A stretch of 64,000 nucleotides of DNA, from NCBI GenBank assembly GCA_964016885.1, contig OZ024758.1:1736001-1800000 (forward strand), in the 5' to 3' direction. The DNA comes from Eledone cirrhosa (lineage: Eukaryota). Both the position numbers and the translations under genes were made by a program. The notes under the pieces are model-generated. The model had not been told where the DNA came from, searched no databases, and was given only the letters and a program-made list of their open reading frames with translations. This document shows positions 61,422 to 64,000 of this stretch, piece after piece (the stretch's first letter is position 1; the number at the start of each line of letters is the position of its first letter).

Positions 61422-62664
61422 GTTTGTTTTAATTGATTCTTAGACGAGTCCTGCATACACAGGATTTTGTTTATGTTGGTTCCTTAAGCGAGCGTTTTAA
61501 TATGTATCTAGAATGGTAGCACTGTTGACATGTGTTTGTGTTAAATAGTCATTTTATAGTGTCATCTTCCTATCAAAATATCTTGTATATATATATCTTA
61601 CCACACCCTCTTTGTTATATATATATATATATATCTATGTATAAATATGTATATATAATTGTGTATGTTATTTTGTTAGTCTTTAGTATGGTTTGTTAAG
61701 TATTTTAATGTTTTATGTGGTGAACAAGGTGTGGATATGATGATAGGAGAGACGAAAAAATAAATATTTAAAGCGTAGTTACTTTCGTTTGAATACAATA
61801 CATATGATGGTCTCTCAACAACACTAAACTATAGTATTTCAAATACTAAAGTCTTTACTACTAATTCAAACCTTCTAATTCATGTTGACATAATTGAGAT
61901 CTTTACAAGGGTATATGGTCAGTGTTTATCAATTTGAGGGATTTCTGCACATATACACTTAGTAGACACTAAATATTTTAAAATTAAACCATTTTAATAC
62001 ATTTTATTTAATATTTAAAGCTTATTAGTCTATATATCTTGTTTGTTATTATGTTAGTAATGTAATCTTCCTGTATAACTAGAGTTGTCTATTTCCAGTG
62101 ATACATTTCACTTTTACTATGAACAGCAATAGATGTCTATTTCATTTGTTGAATATATGTAAGGGTGTGTACATATGTGTAGTGTGTGTGTATATGTATG
62201 TATATATATGTGTGTGTGTATGTATATATATAGAAAAGGTAAAGGAGAAAAGAGTGTTCTATGTATAGTACAGAGCTATTTAATTATATAATAAACACAA
62301 TATAATTATTCCATTACCAAAGGTTTCAGGAGACTAGACGATCCTTACAGAAACGTCCAATTATATATAAACATTTGTTGACTGCCGTTGTTAGACTATT
62401 TTGAGTGTGTGCTGCTCTTCTGCTACTACAGAAGTCAAGGGACTGGTGATGATGATGATATATATATATATATGATTTAGTGTCACATTTGATCACAGTT
62501 ACAATCTGTAGGTATGATCAATATGGGTTGTGAAAACTTAGGTAGAGCTCTTGTTTCGTACGAACATAATATAATATAATCAGCTCTCTCACCTGATTGA
62601 GCACTGTTTCCTGTTTCACATCCACCGTTGTTTACTACTACATACACTACAAAACACACTAACG

Positions 62665-62730
<66 letters not shown>

Positions 62731-63024
62731 CGTGCGTGTATCTTATTATCCCAACAGTATTTTTACCCCTTTTATCCATTTTTATTATTTTTTTTTTTTT
62801 TTTAAATTTAACATTACTAATCTGAAACACAAATATGAACTGTCTTTCCACAGGTCTGCTGAGATATACAGACAAACACAGATATACACATACACATACT
62901 CACGCACATTAAACACATACACATTAAACACACATACACACACACACACTGAAAACGAGAAGATCGATGTCATCCTTCATCAATAAGCTATTTAAACATA
63001 CTTGTTGTTTACACGAGTTTCCGA

Positions 63025-63332
63025 TTTTATATTAGTTAAATTTAATTTTATATTATTTAAATTTAATTTTTTATTAGTTAATTAGTTAAATTTAATTTTC
63101 TATTAGTTAATTATTTAAATTTAATTTTCTATCAGTTAATTAGTTAAATTTAATTTTCTACTAGTTAATTAGTTAAATTTAATTTTATATTAGTTACATT
63201 TAATTTTATATTAGTTAAATTTCATTATATATTAATTAAATTTAATTTTATATTAGTTACATCTAATTTTCTATTAGCTAAATTTAATTATATATTAATT
63301 AAATTTAATTTTCTATTAGTTAAATATAATTT
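63025..63332. repeat. AT-rich ~21-bp degenerate tandem repeat (ATTAGTTAAATTTAATTTTCT)
   Basis: Visible. Confidence 0.85.
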
Positions 63333-63569
63333 GTAAGGCAAGTGTTGTTTTAGAAAGAATATTCCACAGAGATCAGTCTATGGTCAGTTTGTTTATTCCA
63401 ATGTTTCTATACTAAACAAATCGAACCAGAATTGTAAACGATTTTTAAATACTCACACATACAATTACTGGTATTATCTTATCATTAACATCAACAACAT
63501 CTTCGTTTTATCTTTATCCTAATAGTGGTATTAACCATTTAAAACTCACACAAACATACACATATTTAT

Positions 63570-63609
<40 letters not shown>

Positions 63610-63854
63610 TTATACACACTCACACACGTATATATATATTTATACACACACACACATAGATTTCCGAGTTGTGTCAGGGGGTAACCAGTTAAAAAAAGGT
63701 ACTCAATACATTGGTATAGACATCTTTGTTATATATATTGTCATATTTTGAGAGGGTCTTGTTTCAACACACGTTTTCAGATAAGAAATCTTGCAAAACA
63801 AATTCAAAAACGTATATATATATATATAATGACATCTACAAAACTAGAACTGCT

Positions 63855-63912
63855 TTATTCGTATGATTTCATACAAATGAAACAGTTCTAGTCCTGTAGA
63901 AGTAATTTCTAT
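63855..63912 (+). ncRNA. Hammerhead relic with broken core, same family
   Basis: TTC-GTATGA-TTTCATACAAAT-GAAA-CAGTTCTAGTCCTG-TA-GAAG; 3' half identical to the 50820 copy. Confidence 0.45.
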
Positions 63913-64000
63913 CTATACACACACACACACACACACACACAGTCTGGGTGAACTCATTCACTGGTATATTCGGTTATGTTATTCTAGTTTGACAACGATG

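Noticed and set aside
62854-62990. Possible PTPN23 exon 2 after ttccacag
   Set aside because: Phase-0 frame hits TGA at the third codon and shows no Bro1-domain similarity.

Overview
AT-rich, intron-containing animal genomic DNA. The repeat landscape (tRNA-derived SINEs, RTE-type CAT-tailed elements, TTAA MITEs, TA microsatellites) suggests an octopod cephalopod; this is inference. Six spliced genes were reconstructed by hand from GT-AG junctions with phase continuity: the 3' half of Miro/RHOT (+, 1244-12707), GCSH (-, 26858-19081, complete), CCDC151/ODAD3 (+, 32492-40067, complete), SEC22B (-, 51106-42687, complete), POLR1H/ZNRD1/RPA12 (-, 56394-52821, complete) and the first coding exon of PTPN23 (+, 61335-61421, absent from the ORF track). 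Most long ORFs in the track are artefacts of tandem repeats. Highlights: (1) three frame-preserving phase-2 cassette-exon candidates in the last Miro intron, between GTPase-2 and the tail anchor; (2) a near-canonical type I hammerhead ribozyme at 50820-50870, with several relic copies in microsatellite-flanked, Penelope/retrozyme-like modules; (3) a piggyBac-like MITE that has repeatedly seeded minisatellites and forms an inverted pair around a CCDC151 exon; (4) RFX X-boxes at the ciliary gene and UPRE, YY1, ETS and BANP-type promoter motifs. Coordinates were counted by eye; no searches or folding programs were run.
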